Below are positions 51,791-64,000 of a stretch of 64,000 nt of DNA, piece after piece. This DNA comes from Octopus vulgaris (Eukaryota). The stretch lies in assembly GCA_951406725.2 (NCBI GenBank), contig OX597816.1, positions 94,612,001-94,676,000 on the forward strand. Direction: 5' to 3'. The translations under genes and the position numbers were made by a program. Below the pieces are notes generated by a model that was not told the origin of the DNA, did not search any database, and saw only the letters and a list, made by a program, of their open reading frames with translations. The first letter of the stretch is position 1. Each line of letters starts with the position of its first letter.

Positions 51791-52186
51791 AATAGCTATT
51801 GCCAAGCTAACATGGCAGTCCAGAAAAATAGGATGAATACTGCCGTTGATTAGCTCCAAGAGGCCATCACCTCTAACTAGCTATGTGACACACAAGCCTG
51901 TGTCCATTACAACCTTCGAACAGGGGATGTCAGCAGCTTCCCCCTTGCTGGTTCAACATTCACAGACTAGTTTCAGGGTGATTGCCCCTTATCAATCACT
52001 CCAAAACTAGTCTGTGGATGTTGAACTAGCAAGGGGGAAGCTGCTGACCTCCCCTGTTCGAAGGTTGTAATGGACACAGGTTTGTGTGTCACATAGCTAG
52101 CTAGAGGCGATGGCCTCTTGGAGCTAGTCAACATTTGCATTTGTCCTATTTTTCTGGACTGCCATGTCAGCTTGGCGATAACTATT
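51791..52186. repeat. ~400-bp fold-back palindrome (arms ~194 bp, 8-nt spacer) with a broken hammerhead motif at its apex
   Basis: 51791-51984 is the reverse complement of 51993-52186 with scattered mismatches. The apex on - reads TGATAA GGGG caatca CCCT GAA ACTAGT C TGTG. (TA)n on both sides. Confidence 0.9.
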
Positions 52187-52279
52187 TATATCCAGTACTG
52201 CTGCCGTAGTCTCCTTTAGAGAGATTTAGAAATATTAATAATATATATATATATATATAAATATATAAATGCCACTCCC

Positions 52280-52570
52280 TCAATTACAACAATGATCAAT
52301 GGAACAACCTGCTTGTGAAATTAATGTTCAAATGGTTGAGCACTCCACAAAAATGTGTACCCTTAACGTAATTCCCAGGGAGATTCAGCATGACACAGAA
52401 TGTGACAAGGCCGGCGCTTTGAATTAGAGGTACAACTCATTTTTGCCAGCTGACTGAACTGGAGCAATGTGAAGTGAAGTGTCTTCCTGAAAGACATAAT
52501 GCACCGCTGGGAATCAAAGTAATGACCTTAGAATCATGAGACGAATACTTTAACCATTAAGTCATGTGCC
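52280..52570 (-). mobile_element. tRNA-derived SINE (third head type)
   Basis: - strand GGCACATGACTTAATGGTTAAAG...TTTGATTCCCAGC head, then AAGACACTTCACTTCACATTGCTCCAG. Confidence 0.55.
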
Positions 52571-52574
52571 TTCA

Positions 52575-52609
<35 letters not shown>

Positions 52610-52660
52610 CTATCTATCTATCTATATCTATCTATATATATATATATATACACACACACA

Positions 52661-52704
<44 letters not shown>

Positions 52705-53111
52705 TATTTGTAACATACATATATACATTCATACACACATGCATGAGGGCTGTTGACTCTATTGAATATAACCACTTTTTGTACACCCTTTATGCTTTTA
52801 CCAATGGGTTCCCACAATGACAAAGACACATAAGTATGGCAAGACCAAAGTTCTGCTTCCTAGATACCTGTGGCACTTCAGCAGAAGATGCAGATGTACA
52901 GGTGACTGGAAAATTGAAGCTGGTCACATCTTCCCTTGTCACACTATTTCATTGTTGCAGACTTGTTTTATACTCTGACTGTTGCAACAGAAGTTCCATC
53001 ATCTGTTTGTAATTTGAAAAAGTGTGGGTTATGACTTGCTTTCTGTCACAAGAGAGGGAGGAAGAAAAAGAGTGCGTGAATAAGTGAAAAGAGATAGATA
53101 GATAGATAGAT

Positions 53112-53165
<54 letters not shown>

Positions 53166-53599
53166 TGTGCTGTGTGTGTGTCTTTGTGCAAAATATACCA
53201 ATACATCAAATTTTATAGTGAGAGATGATTGTGCAAAACAAGTTGATTTTCCTGAGTTCAATTGCCCTTTGACAGACATTCTTTTTATCTTGCATGCTGG
53301 CCACAATGATTCTAATTTCAAGTGATATCTTGTGACTAATGAACCTCAATGTACACCATCATACTTTTATCATAAATGTTCTCGGTGCAATAATTAAGTC
53401 TCCTTTACATAAAATAACATCTTCAGCTAACTTATTTTTCAATGACTTAAATGACCATTCAACAACAGAGCAACTACTCTAATTATTAAAAATCATTTTA
53501 ATATACCAGATAAAATATTTTAATCAAACAAGTTTTGCTTGATTAAAATAATCCAGATAATAAATGACTGTAAATTTTTGCAGTTATTATTATTATTCA

Positions 53600-53944
53600 T
53601 GTTCATCCGAATGTGGCCGTTGCCAGTGCCGCCCCGACTGGCCTCCGTGACGGTGGCACGTAAAATGCACCATCTGATTGTGGCCGTTGCCAGCCTCGTC
53701 AGGCCCCTGTGCCGGTGGCATGTAAAAAGCACCATCTGATCATGGCCGCTTGCCAGTCTCGTCTGGCACCTGTGCAGGTGGCATGTAAAACGCACCCACT
53801 ACACTCACAGAGTGGTTGGCGTTAGGAAGGGCATCCAGCCGTAGAAACACTGCCAGATCAGACTGGGCCTGGCGCAGCCTTCTGGCTTCTCAGACCCCAG
53901 TTGAACCGTCCAACCCATGCTAGCATGGAAAACGGACGTTAAAC

Positions 53945-53985
<41 letters not shown>
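53600..53985 (+). mobile_element. Young (GAT)n-tailed retroposon with three tandem units
   Basis: TGGCCGTTGCCAG...GGTGGCA.GTAAAA.GCACC unit x3, then GGTTGGCGTTAGGAAGGGCATCCAGCCGTAGAAAC and GGACGTTAAAC(GAT)n. Confidence 0.88.
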
Positions 53986-53986
<1 letters not shown>

Positions 53987-54699
53987 ATGCTTTCTTATAC
54001 AACATTCATTGCTTTTGGATATTTGTGTGGGTTAGTGAAATTTCAATTTGAAATTTTATGAGATTACAAAAGAATGCAATGACCTTGACACATTGTCTGC
54101 CATGTTTCTGCTTAATGATAACACAATGCTCTATTCATATTCAAATTGTAATGATTTTTTTTTGTGAAAATGTGTTTAAAATTTAAGCAGTGTTTCTGGT
54201 CTAGATTTATTATTTCTAAGAAAAATCACCTAGTACCTCACCCTTAACAATTCCTTGTGAGCTCACAAAGACTGTACCACAACCACCACCATTACCACTG
54301 AGGGGTCACTATCACACAGGTTAAGAGTCACTGTGACAAAGCATCAAACATGTGGTGTTTTAAATCTTTTTACATAAGATAGTCATAATCAAATAGTCAT
54401 TAGTTAAAAAGAACAAAACAAATAGATGTTAATTTCAGTTAACCACAAGTGTTTGCTAAAATTCAAATCTTGTGTCTTGTAATCTGAGACCAATTTAAAT
54501 TATCAGCCTAACAAGTTATAATCATGAAACTCACAGGTTTTGTCAGATGCTAATGTTTTTTGAGCATTATTTAAAAAAAAAAACTCAGTTCTTAATACTT
54601 GCCTAACTGTATCTGCTTCTTTATTCATGATTCTCATTACTTCTGGCCACCCAGAATATATATCAATAATCAAATTGTTGATACAAGTATTATGCATAT

Positions 54700-55500
54700 G
54701 CACTTATATCCATGCAGTCACCAAGGCTTTCCTCTCAATATTTGAATATTTTGTTTTGCTTGTGGCTTATACTCTTGACAAATATTCAGGGTGACTGTGT
54801 TGTGAAATCATTTTTAATGTAACTTTTGCACTAGCACCAGTTGTCAAGGTAACCCTTTTTTTACAACATGGTAAATCAGGATCACTGGCTGTGATATTAA
54901 CATCAATTCCATATCATCAAATTACTTTTTGTCATGGTATTTGGGCTCTCCATGATACATTTAAGAAGTGATGCAAGAGGTAATATGCAGTCTGAATAAT
55001 GATCAATATATCTCCAACAGAAATTGACAAATCCAAGAAAAGACTCTAATTGCTTCTTATCCTTCAGTGGTTTTATACCCATAATTCTCACTATTAAGCA
55101 GTGATCTGGTGATAAACACTCCATTCTCAGTCATCTATATCTTCCAAAATTATTATTCATCAGTCTGTAATGCAAACTTAGTCCCATTGATCACCAAACC
55201 TAACAATTCCAACCTTTTCATGGTATTTTTTTAAAACCCACCTTAACGTATAGATTTCCTACATATTTTGCACCAATATATACATCAGCTTCATAAATAA
55301 AACATTAGCAATCTTATTTCCAACCTTGTTTAATTGCTCTTTGAAACCTGGTGCTAGCTGTTTTAGTTCCTTATGGAGTACACACCCATCTCAATAGACC
55401 CATTGCAGTATGTTTCTACACTCCTCTTGGGTATGAACTTATATGTCTTTGTTCATAAGTTTCTTTTAAGTCCCATTTGATAAAATAATTTATTCCAGAG
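54700..55500 (-). mobile_element. Ty3/Gypsy pol remnant (RT and connection)
   Basis: MGLLRWVCTP*GTKTASTRFQRAI, IYEADVYIGAK (YxDD position), KKQLESFLGFVNFCWRYIDHYSDCILPL. Confidence 0.8.
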
Positions 55501-55519
55501 AGAGAGAGAAAGAGAGAGA

Positions 55520-55570
<51 letters not shown>

Positions 55571-56026
55571 TAAGAGAATGAGATATCAATTCCCTATTTG
55601 GATTTGAGAATTATTATTAGTTTCCACATATTCTGAGATCTCCATCTAACTTTCACACAACCACTAAAAGAGAGATTCATTTACAGCTTCCCTGTGGAAC
55701 TCTTTTTTAAAGGTCCTGCATTAATTAGTTTTCTTAGTCTTGTTATGACTAATGGTTTAATGTGTATTGGTAATGACCTTGCCTTGAAATAATATTGTAA
55801 TATATCTTTTGAGAACAGTGTTAATGTTAATCCTAAACAACCTCTTCCCTTGTACTTTTAGCGCATGACTTAATATTGAACTATTAACATTTTTTTCACA
55901 TTCATTCCAAAAACCATTATTTTTTTATACATTCAGTAACATTCCTAATATCTGTTCTATTAACAGTGCATCAAGTTATTTTACTTTAGTTTAAGGTCAT
56001 AAGTTTTAAACTTTGGTTTATTTAAA

Positions 56027-56547
56027 TGCTGGGTTGAGGAAAAAGTTTGTGTGCTGTGTTAAAATAATGATTTTTTATGCAGTAATTTGTTCAAAAACAA
56101 CAATAACTATTTTTCAAAATAAAGACTATCATTTTCTGCAACCTTCTGCCAATGATCTGCAAGCTTTCAGATTTGGTCAAAGTACCAATCCTTTGATTTT
56201 GAATCGAAAAATTCTTGATAGGCTTCTTCAACTTCATCAAATGACTCAAATTGGTGACCTTTCATAAAGTGCTGCATTGATCAGAAGAGACCATAATCAG
56301 ATGGGGCAATGTCTGGACTATAGGCTGGATGCAGCAGAACTTCTGCACCATCCAATTCTTTAATCTTGTTGCTGGTCTTTCTGGCGGTATGCAGCTTTGC
56401 ATTGTCTTGAAACAAAGTGTGTTTTTGACAAACAAGTCTTGGGTACTTTTCAACCAGCGCATCGTAGACTCGATTAAATAAGTTCAGTATTGATGGTACA
56501 ACCATTCGGCACAAGTTTGGCGCATGAACTTTTTCCTCAACCTAATA
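56027..56547 (-). mobile_element. Internally deleted mariner with both TIRs
   Basis: FQDNAKLHTARKT...LLHPAYSPDIAPSDYGLF. TIRs GGTTGAGGAAAAAGTT (56032) / AACTTTTTCCTCAACC-TAATA (ends 56547). Confidence 0.9.
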
Positions 56548-57654
56548 TATCCAGAAATTCTAAAACATTATAGTTATCAAACCATCAGTATCAATTTGCA
56601 TTTTAATATTAACTTCATTGACTTTTAGATTGGTCATTAATTTCTTTAGATTAATTTCATAAATACTTGTAGAATTTTCATTTTTGTTAGCCATTTTTGT
56701 AATTACTTACTCTTTTAAAGTGTTCTTTTTTTCTACATTTAGAACACAATTTGCCAAATACAATTTTATGGCACAAGTTTTTATGTACCAATACCACATG
56801 TAGAATCAAATTTATACTTGACTCAGTGGTGTCATCAGGATCACCCTTGCTTTCCAGTTTTTGTTTATTCCAGCCATTTGAAACTTAGAAATCATTTTAA
56901 GCTTTTGAATGCATTTAATGCATGCATTATACTTCAGATCACCCACCTGGTTGAGGATGTTATGTCTTTTTATACAATACTCAGATGATTTCATGACATC
57001 TATGAATCTCATTTGAATTATATCATCATCTACATTTTATCCTTTGAATCCAAATTTTTGAAAGCCACAAAAACAAGCTGACTCACATAGTCTCTGAGAA
57101 TAACTTTAAATCAAGTCAATCAGATGTTGATGTGATAAAAATATTATACTTTCAGTACTACTAATTATTTCAGAGATGAACTGATGATAGTATCATAGGT
57201 GTAACACTGCCAAAATTTATTTCTTCAATTTCCATTACAGAAGCTTTGTGTATGGTCATCATACTTGCTTTTAATAAAAAAAATCTCATTTGCTTATTGA
57301 CAATAGTGTCCAAAAGTTTTTTCTTTTCATTCTTGCTGTAGTAGCAAAGTATCACAGCCAAGTGTCTCTCATATCTGAGTCACATAATGGAAGTCTGTTG
57401 CTTCACTGGTGACACCATTGCTGTGCCAGATAGACTCAGTTTATCCAGTTAAAGCTGTAGTCACATGGGATCCCTTACATTCAGAAGTTTTGCTCAGTTG
57501 AATAGCCAAACTCTCTGACACTGAGTTGTTAGCTACTTTAAAAAGTCTATATCACATGTAAGCAACTAGTAGAACTTTACAATAATATTAGCAAAATAAT
57601 CATATTGTATCTCCTAGAAGTGAATTGCTTTATTTTCAAGAATTGTGTCTAATA

Positions 57655-57700
57655 TTATTTATAATGTTTGCTCCTGTATCAGTTTTGAAATCACAATAAG
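57655..57700 (-). mobile_element. Retroviral-type aspartic protease motif, probably the same Gypsy element
   Basis: YCDFKTDTGANII on -, upstream of the RT remnant, consistent with PR-RT order. Confidence 0.45.
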
Positions 57701-58153
57701 TGACAAGTCACCCTCTGAATTGAATGCAATAAGTTAATAACATATAACATTTCCTAACAGAAGGTGGACTAAGGCATCATAGAATAAAGTGTTTTGGACA
57801 GAAACACACTAAAATATCAATTCATTGGTTTTGTCTGTTAAATAAGATATGTGCTCAAATCTCAGTTAACCAAACATCAGTTATTTGAATGTCAGATTGT
57901 CCAAACAAAATTTCAATATCCTGTGATTATTTAATTAACCAAACTGTATATAAATCAAACTTGAGAAAACATTGGTACTACAACTTCAGCTTTTATTTAC
58001 AATTATTAAATATGAATTCCAAGAACATGTAAAAATGTTATACCAAAAAGTGTTACCTATACTGATGTGATAATTGCATCTTTTGTTTATAGTCACCAAA
58101 AGTACCATATGTCTCAATCTGTCCACTAGTTTGGTCTCAGTATGTTAATTTAA

Positions 58154-58371
58154 CACTTTAGCATTTAAATTGGCCTTATTTGCCAAAATATCCTACTTGT
58201 TTTATGTCCAAATCAGCAAGATCTTGCCTCTTATACCTATTCTATAATATCATCCTTCATATAAACAATTACATCATTGAAATCTCATAGCTGTGAGATA
58301 ACACATGATTAACTGAAAACAATGCCAGTAGATAAGCATTGCATTTGACACAGTAATCTGAAGCTAAAGGG
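58154..58371. mobile_element. piggyBac-type MITE (family of 21791)
   Basis: TTAA-CACTTTAGC...GCTAAAGGG-TTAA. Confidence 0.75.
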
Positions 58372-58699
58372 TTAAACAATGTTAAAATGATTATCTTATG
58401 TATGTTACAAGTATTTGTGTTTGTTGGTGATACCATACCTGTGAAGAGAAAGTGAACATTATTGACAACTGAAAACAGAAAAGTGAAATTTTATGAGGGT
58501 TTTTTATTGTGGTGAAAAAACATCAAAGGCTTCATGATTGTACAATGTTTTATTGATTATTGATTGAATGACATAAAAACTCTGTAAAAGCTCTACTAAT
58601 CTTACAAGCAAATAGTCCAGTACCTTCTTTAAAAAGGCTTTGAGTAATTAATTATTTTCAGTATGGCTTCTTTTGTTTATGATTAGATTAGTTAACCAA

Positions 58700-58990
58700 A
58701 CATCATCATTATCATTATCAATATCATCATCATTATTTTTATGTCCACTTTTCCATGCTTGCATGGGTCAGAGAGAATTTGTTGAGGTGAATTTTCTATA
58801 GCTGGATGCCCTTCCTGTTGCTGACCCTCACCTGTTTCCAAGTAAGGTAATATTCCCTGTGGCCAGACATAGTTTTTGTAGAAGATTGGAATTGAAGGAC
58901 ACTGCTTGCATGACAGCAATGTTCATGACATCACATGACATCAAATCAAAGAAAATAGACTCACACACACACACACACACACACACACGA

Positions 58991-59058
<68 letters not shown>

Positions 59059-59233
59059 ATATACATATATATGATGGGCTTCTTTCAGTTTCTGCCTTCC
59101 AAAATCTGCTCACAAAGTTTTGATTGGACCAGGGCTATAGTAGAAGACACTTGCCCAAGGTGCTATGCAATGAGACTGAACTTGAATCTGTGGTTGGGAA
59201 GTGAACTTCTTACCACACTGTCATGATTGTGCC
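58700..59233 (-). mobile_element. Composite: CORE-like tRNA SINE head (59073-59233), (CA)n, and GGAAGGGCATCC/(GAT)n tail (58700-58870)
   Basis: Same layout as 28113-28545 on +, suggesting one long SINE with an internal microsatellite. Confidence 0.65.
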
Positions 59234-62092
59234 TATATCCCTAAATAATTTGAACAAAATATTTGCTCTCTGCTTTGCTCAGAAAATTGAAGTCTAATTG
59301 TAAGTAGATTTAAAGATTAGATTAATGTTATAGACATAGCAGGCTTTTTAATGTTTGGTAATCCAGTAACCATGTTAAGACATCTTCATATAATTTAAAG
59401 AAAAGGTATGCTGAGGTAGTTTTTTTTTTTTTGCCTTTACTATACCCATAAATGATAAAGGTTCCAAATCTTAAGTTAACACTTGTCAGTTATTTACTGA
59501 CAATAGTATCTGCTGTCGTGGGTTGTGTTAGTCCCCTAGTATCATCAATTTGCAGCTGTGAACTATTCTATTCTGGATAAATTGCCATTGGTAACAGAGC
59601 AGCTTAATTTCTGGTTGGTAACAGACAGTGGCACTATATTGACATTTACCATAATATTTGAAATATATATATTTATAAAAGAGAATGTAATTGCTATAAT
59701 AGCTGTTATTTTGTTGACACCAAAGCATTGCTAACTTCCTTAAACTGTGTATTTTTTCCCTCGCTTTGTAATTGTGCTTGGCTAATTAAAGAAGAACTTA
59801 CCGTTATAATGAGGAACATCAGATTATAAAATTAATACTTATTCCTATTAATGTTGCTACACATGACTGTGTGACAAGTTTGTTAGAACAATACTTGTGA
59901 AAATTTGGGTTTCACAGAAGATAAAAGAGAATAATCTAGTTCACATACACTTATTTGCTCTTTCAGCAGAACCCTCTTAAAACAGAAAATTTCAACAATC
60001 AGTTCTAATTGTTCTCCTAAGTCTCAACATTCAGTGAGCAACATTGATCAAACAAATATAAGTATTGAATTGTTGTGTAACCACAGGTCAGTCTTGATCA
60101 ACCACATCTATAACATGTAGCTGTCAGTCAAATGATCAAGGAATGATCCATAGATCTATAGCTCCAGATATAACATACCTCTGGCTGGTTGAGAACCACA
60201 CTACATATTTAGACATTTGTTGGTTTATTGTAGATGATGCAGTGTGCCAATTAAGTCATGTAGTATTCTTCATTATCCAGTTTATCTCTGACTATCTGGG
60301 CAAGGTGAACTTACTCTGTGACAGCTGTTGTTCTTCTGAATTTATTATTAGTGCTGCATGTTAAGGTGGTAAGCTGGCAGAATTATTGGCACATCAGACA
60401 AAATGCCTAATTGCATTTCTTTTGGCTGTATGTTCTGAGTTCAAATTTCACTGTAGTCAACTTTGCTTTCCATTCTTTCAGGACCATTAAAATAAGTACC
60501 AGTTGAACACTGGGGTTGATGTAATTGACTAGCCCTCTCCCACAAAACTTCAGGCATTGTGCCTATAGAATTATTAGTGATGCGTGTCCTAGCACTATGT
60601 TTGGGGCTAATGACAGTCTGTACTGAGTGCTTCTTAGGTTAATATTTAGTAATGCTCTGGGTGTTGTCATCGTGTCTATTTGTTTGAGGATGATTGTTCA
60701 TATAGTGTCCAGGACTTTCAGGGTTTGGGCTTGTTGCAGTTATAAATTGTGACCCTTACATGTTTTTTTTTTCAGTAATTTTGCTGCCAGTGTTTAATCT
60801 TTGATCAAAGACTTCCAGCCATGACTATTTCATTTTTTTTTATGTGTGTCCCAGCACTATGTTTGGGACTACAACTACATTTTCCAATGTAGTCTTCCAT
60901 TTTTAAGATAGCAGTATGTGATCTGAGCCTGTTGTTTCTAGTAGGTCTGGTAACCATGTAGAAGTTCCTTTGTTAGCTTATAAGCTTTTTCCTTGTTTCA
61001 TTGTGCAGATGGTCTTTGGGATCAAAGGCCTTTCAGTTATGACCATCCCATCTTGTGATTTGTAGAGTGTATTGTCATTTGTAGAGTGTACTGTTATTTT
61101 TACCAGATTATGTGGTCATATAAAGACTTCCATAGCTAGTCCTCCACTTCCAAGGTGGTGTTGGGTGAGTGGTTGCTATTCTTTAGGTCATTTTAACTCT
61201 TTTGATAATGAAGAAGCTTTATGGAGGAAAACAAAAAAAAATGAAAATAACCTCCCCCTCTGAAAAATGAAAAAAATTGATACATTGTTATAAGGGTAAG
61301 GTACTAGATTACTGCCCAATTAGGATTAAGTTCAAATCTCACTACAGCTATTGCATTTTGCAAACACATACTATTACAACTGTAGATAATGCCAGTTTGT
61401 CAGTTATACATGCCAATGAGGGAGACTATATAGTTGCTTGTCTTGCTAGAAATGACAACTAAATTTTCCTCAAAGTACATTACTCTTTTAAAAAGGAAAA
61501 TCTCATCAATGTAGTCTTTGATATACAATGTCTAAAAAAGATCAAAACATAAGGATGGTCATGATTGGAATGTCTTTGATTATAAGTTTATCTTCTATAA
61601 CAAGACTGCTTTGGGGCTAAGCTACAAATGCATGTACCTTGTTTATTTCAAGATTGAGGGCCTAGCAGTAGAAAGGATATTCATATATAAAAAACAATTG
61701 CACTTATACACAAAATATTGATTCCAAATTTTGGCACGAGGCCAGCAATTTCAGGGATGGGGGCAGGTCAATTATATTGACCCCTGTGTTCAAGTAGTAC
61801 TTATTTTATCGACCTTCCCGCCAAAAGGATGAAAGACAAAATGAACCTTGGCGGAATTTGAACAAAAATGGACAAAATGTTGCTAAGCATTTTGCCTGGC
61901 AGGCTCCTGATTCTGCCAGCTCACTTCTTTTCCCATAAAATATTAAAATAATAATCCAGCTATGCTACTATAAGAATATGTGATGTAAGAAAATTAAACA
62001 AATATTTCTCTTCTTATCTAATTGTTGTTATGTGAACCTTTGTGAAAGATGTTTTTTAGTCAAAATATTGTTTATCTTCTTTTTCATACCAG

Positions 62093-62255
62093 GTTCACCA
62101 AGAATCTATCACCTGACAAAATCAGTTTGAGTGCTCTGCGAGGTGAAGGAGAACTTGCTAATTTAGAGCTAGATGAGACTGTGTTGATGGATATCCTTGA
62201 ACTTCCTACCTGGCTCAAATTGTCCAAAGCTATTTGTAACAGGGTGGCCATAAAG
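62093..62255 (+). CDS. BLTP3B: BLTP3 / UHRF1BP1-like coding exon 2 (163 nt)
   Basis: TTCTTTTTCATACCAG| acceptor and AAG|GTGAGT donor. (R)FTKNLSPDKISLSALRGEGELANLELDETVLMDILELPTWLKLSKAICNRVAIK matches the recalled BLTP3 RFTKNLSPDKINLSTLKGEGEL.NLELDE...LPTWL. The phase-2 join with exon 1 gives AGG = Arg. Confidence 0.96.
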
Positions 62256-63912
62256 GTGAGTCATTTTCATAGATTTTAAAAAAATATTTGACCTGATTCA
62301 GTCATTAGACTACAGCTTTATTGGGACACTACTCTGGAGAGTTTCATTGGTCAAATGGACTCCTGTACTTATTTTATTGGTCACTTTTTGCAAAACTACT
62401 AAGTTATGGGAGACATAAGCAAACCAATGCAGGTTGTCAAGGGGTTAGTGATAAACACAAAGATGCATATATGAACACACACACACACACATATGCACAC
62501 TAAAGCATACACTCACATGTGATAGGCTTCCACTCCTTTTCCATCTTCCAAATTTACTCACATGGCACTGGTCAGCCCAGGGCTATAGTAAAAGATAGTG
62601 TGCAAGTTGCCATTCATTCATTGATCCCCACCTTACACGCCACTCTGTTGTTCACTCATTGACTCGCTACCACCACCACCACCACCTTACTCTTCACACT
62701 GTTGTGTCATTCATTCATTGCCTTTCCTTAACTTTATACACCACTCTTGTATTATTCATTCTTACCCTGTCCACAGCCTTCCCAATTCTGATGTGTTTTT
62801 CATTCTTTGTTTCCTCACATTACACATCTTTCTGTCATGTTGTCTATCCATTACCATATCTTATATTCTATGCCACCCTTTCTTGAATGTAGTCCTGTTG
62901 TCCCACTTATATTTTTCATTTATGGTAGGTATATCATGCTATCTGGTTCAACCAGTAGCTGACCTATTAGTGTCTTTAGTTTTTTTAGTATTTGTTACTT
63001 GTATTCAGGCCAAGCATTACTTTGATCTGCTGGTGCATTAACATCCCATATACTTCCTTAGTTGTCAAAAATTAAACCCACTGACAATTCTGCCTTCATT
63101 TTTCTAACATTTAGAAGCCCCATTCCAACCTAGATGCCATACTTCAAATCTTTCATCTGAATTCTCTGCGAGACACAAATCTCAGAATCTCTCTCCACAA
63201 TTCATCTCTGCTATCCAGGCTACAATCTACAATTAAATTCCACTTTGAAGGTGGTATGTGCCTCTGTGTAGATTCCACCCTCATTGTAACTCATCTCTCT
63301 ACCTAGGTATCAATAACAAAGCCTTCTAGTTTTCTGGTTCAAAGTCTCCCTCATTCACTTCTCTCAATACATCTGCTTCCTTACCACTCTCTGAACTTTT
63401 CCAACTACCAACAATTTATCGATCATATTTCTTTCTGTATCAAACACATCTATCTCATTCAGTCTTCTCTAAAGTTATTGGTGTCTCTGACTTCAGATTC
63501 TCTTCTCAGCTTTCACACTTATACTACACTGATGCTGTTAATGTAGAAACCAAATCTTTTGCTGTCTTCTGCTCTCTACTTCATAGTCTGAAATACTTAG
63601 AGAAAATTATCCGCACCTGCAAACTAGACAGCTCTTATTCAGTATTGCAATTCCTGCAAAACCATCATCTAAACTATGACTCATGCCTCCATGCATTGCA
63701 CAGCTCTAAATCAACCTCCCAAATTGCAACCAATCCTTTTGCTCACTTCCTGTGATGATTCTGCAAACAACCCATCAAATAATGAATCAAAGTTGCTAAG
63801 ATTTTAATGAAAAATAATATAAGACAATACTAGACTACCCATGACTTGTTGGGTCACTGACGGTTCAGATTATAAAACATTGAAGCTGATTTCCACATTG
63901 ATTATTTTACAG

Positions 63913-64000
63913 CAGGGGTCACCAAACTTTTTTCATAGTGGGCCAGATATAGCTAAAAGAATACCAAGCGCGGGCCAGATAAATAGTTTGTTTAATTCAC
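63913..64000 (+). mobile_element. hAT (Charlie/MER5-like) element left end, runs off the window
   Basis: CAGGGGTCACCAAACTTTT start, similar to the 23598 MITE; repeated GGGCCAGAT subterminal motif. Confidence 0.6.

Noticed and set aside
62049-62092. ORF-track start MFFSQNIVYLLFHT for the BLTP3 peptide
   Set aside because: It is the intronic polypyrimidine tract; the true N-terminus is at 18846.
63000-63850. Possible LINE endonuclease remnant (LCET, GGMC, YRS-like motifs)
   Set aside because: Too decayed to call confidently without a search.

Overview
AT-rich, microsatellite- and transposon-dense animal genomic DNA. The SINE/LINE families look like those of an octopod cephalopod (inference from recalled repeat sequences, not a database match). 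One host gene is clearly recognisable. It is the 5' end of a BLTP3 (UHRF1BP1/UHRF1BP1L, SHIP164; chorein-N bridge-like lipid transfer protein) gene on +, with coding exon 1 at 18846-18889 and exon 2 at 62093-62255, separated by a 43.2-kb intron. A possible divergent, unrecognised gene runs on - from about 18.3 kb towards the left edge (best exon 6190-6484). The rest is mostly decayed mobile DNA: mariner, Tc1, maT/DD37D, hAT and piggyBac-type MITEs, a probable Helitron, RTE and CR1/L2 LINE pieces, a Gypsy remnant and several SINE families. The most unusual signal is a set of four sequence-unrelated elements, each carrying a minimal Penelope-type hammerhead ribozyme motif with a palindromic stem III. 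All sit in (TA)n tracts and three form fold-back inverted repeats. One has an intact catalytic core (19749-19834, -) and one is fused to a tRNA-derived Pol III head (1578-2000). A second CpG-retaining island lies deep inside the BLTP3 intron (about 30.3-33.2 kb). Most entries in the ORF track are spurious.
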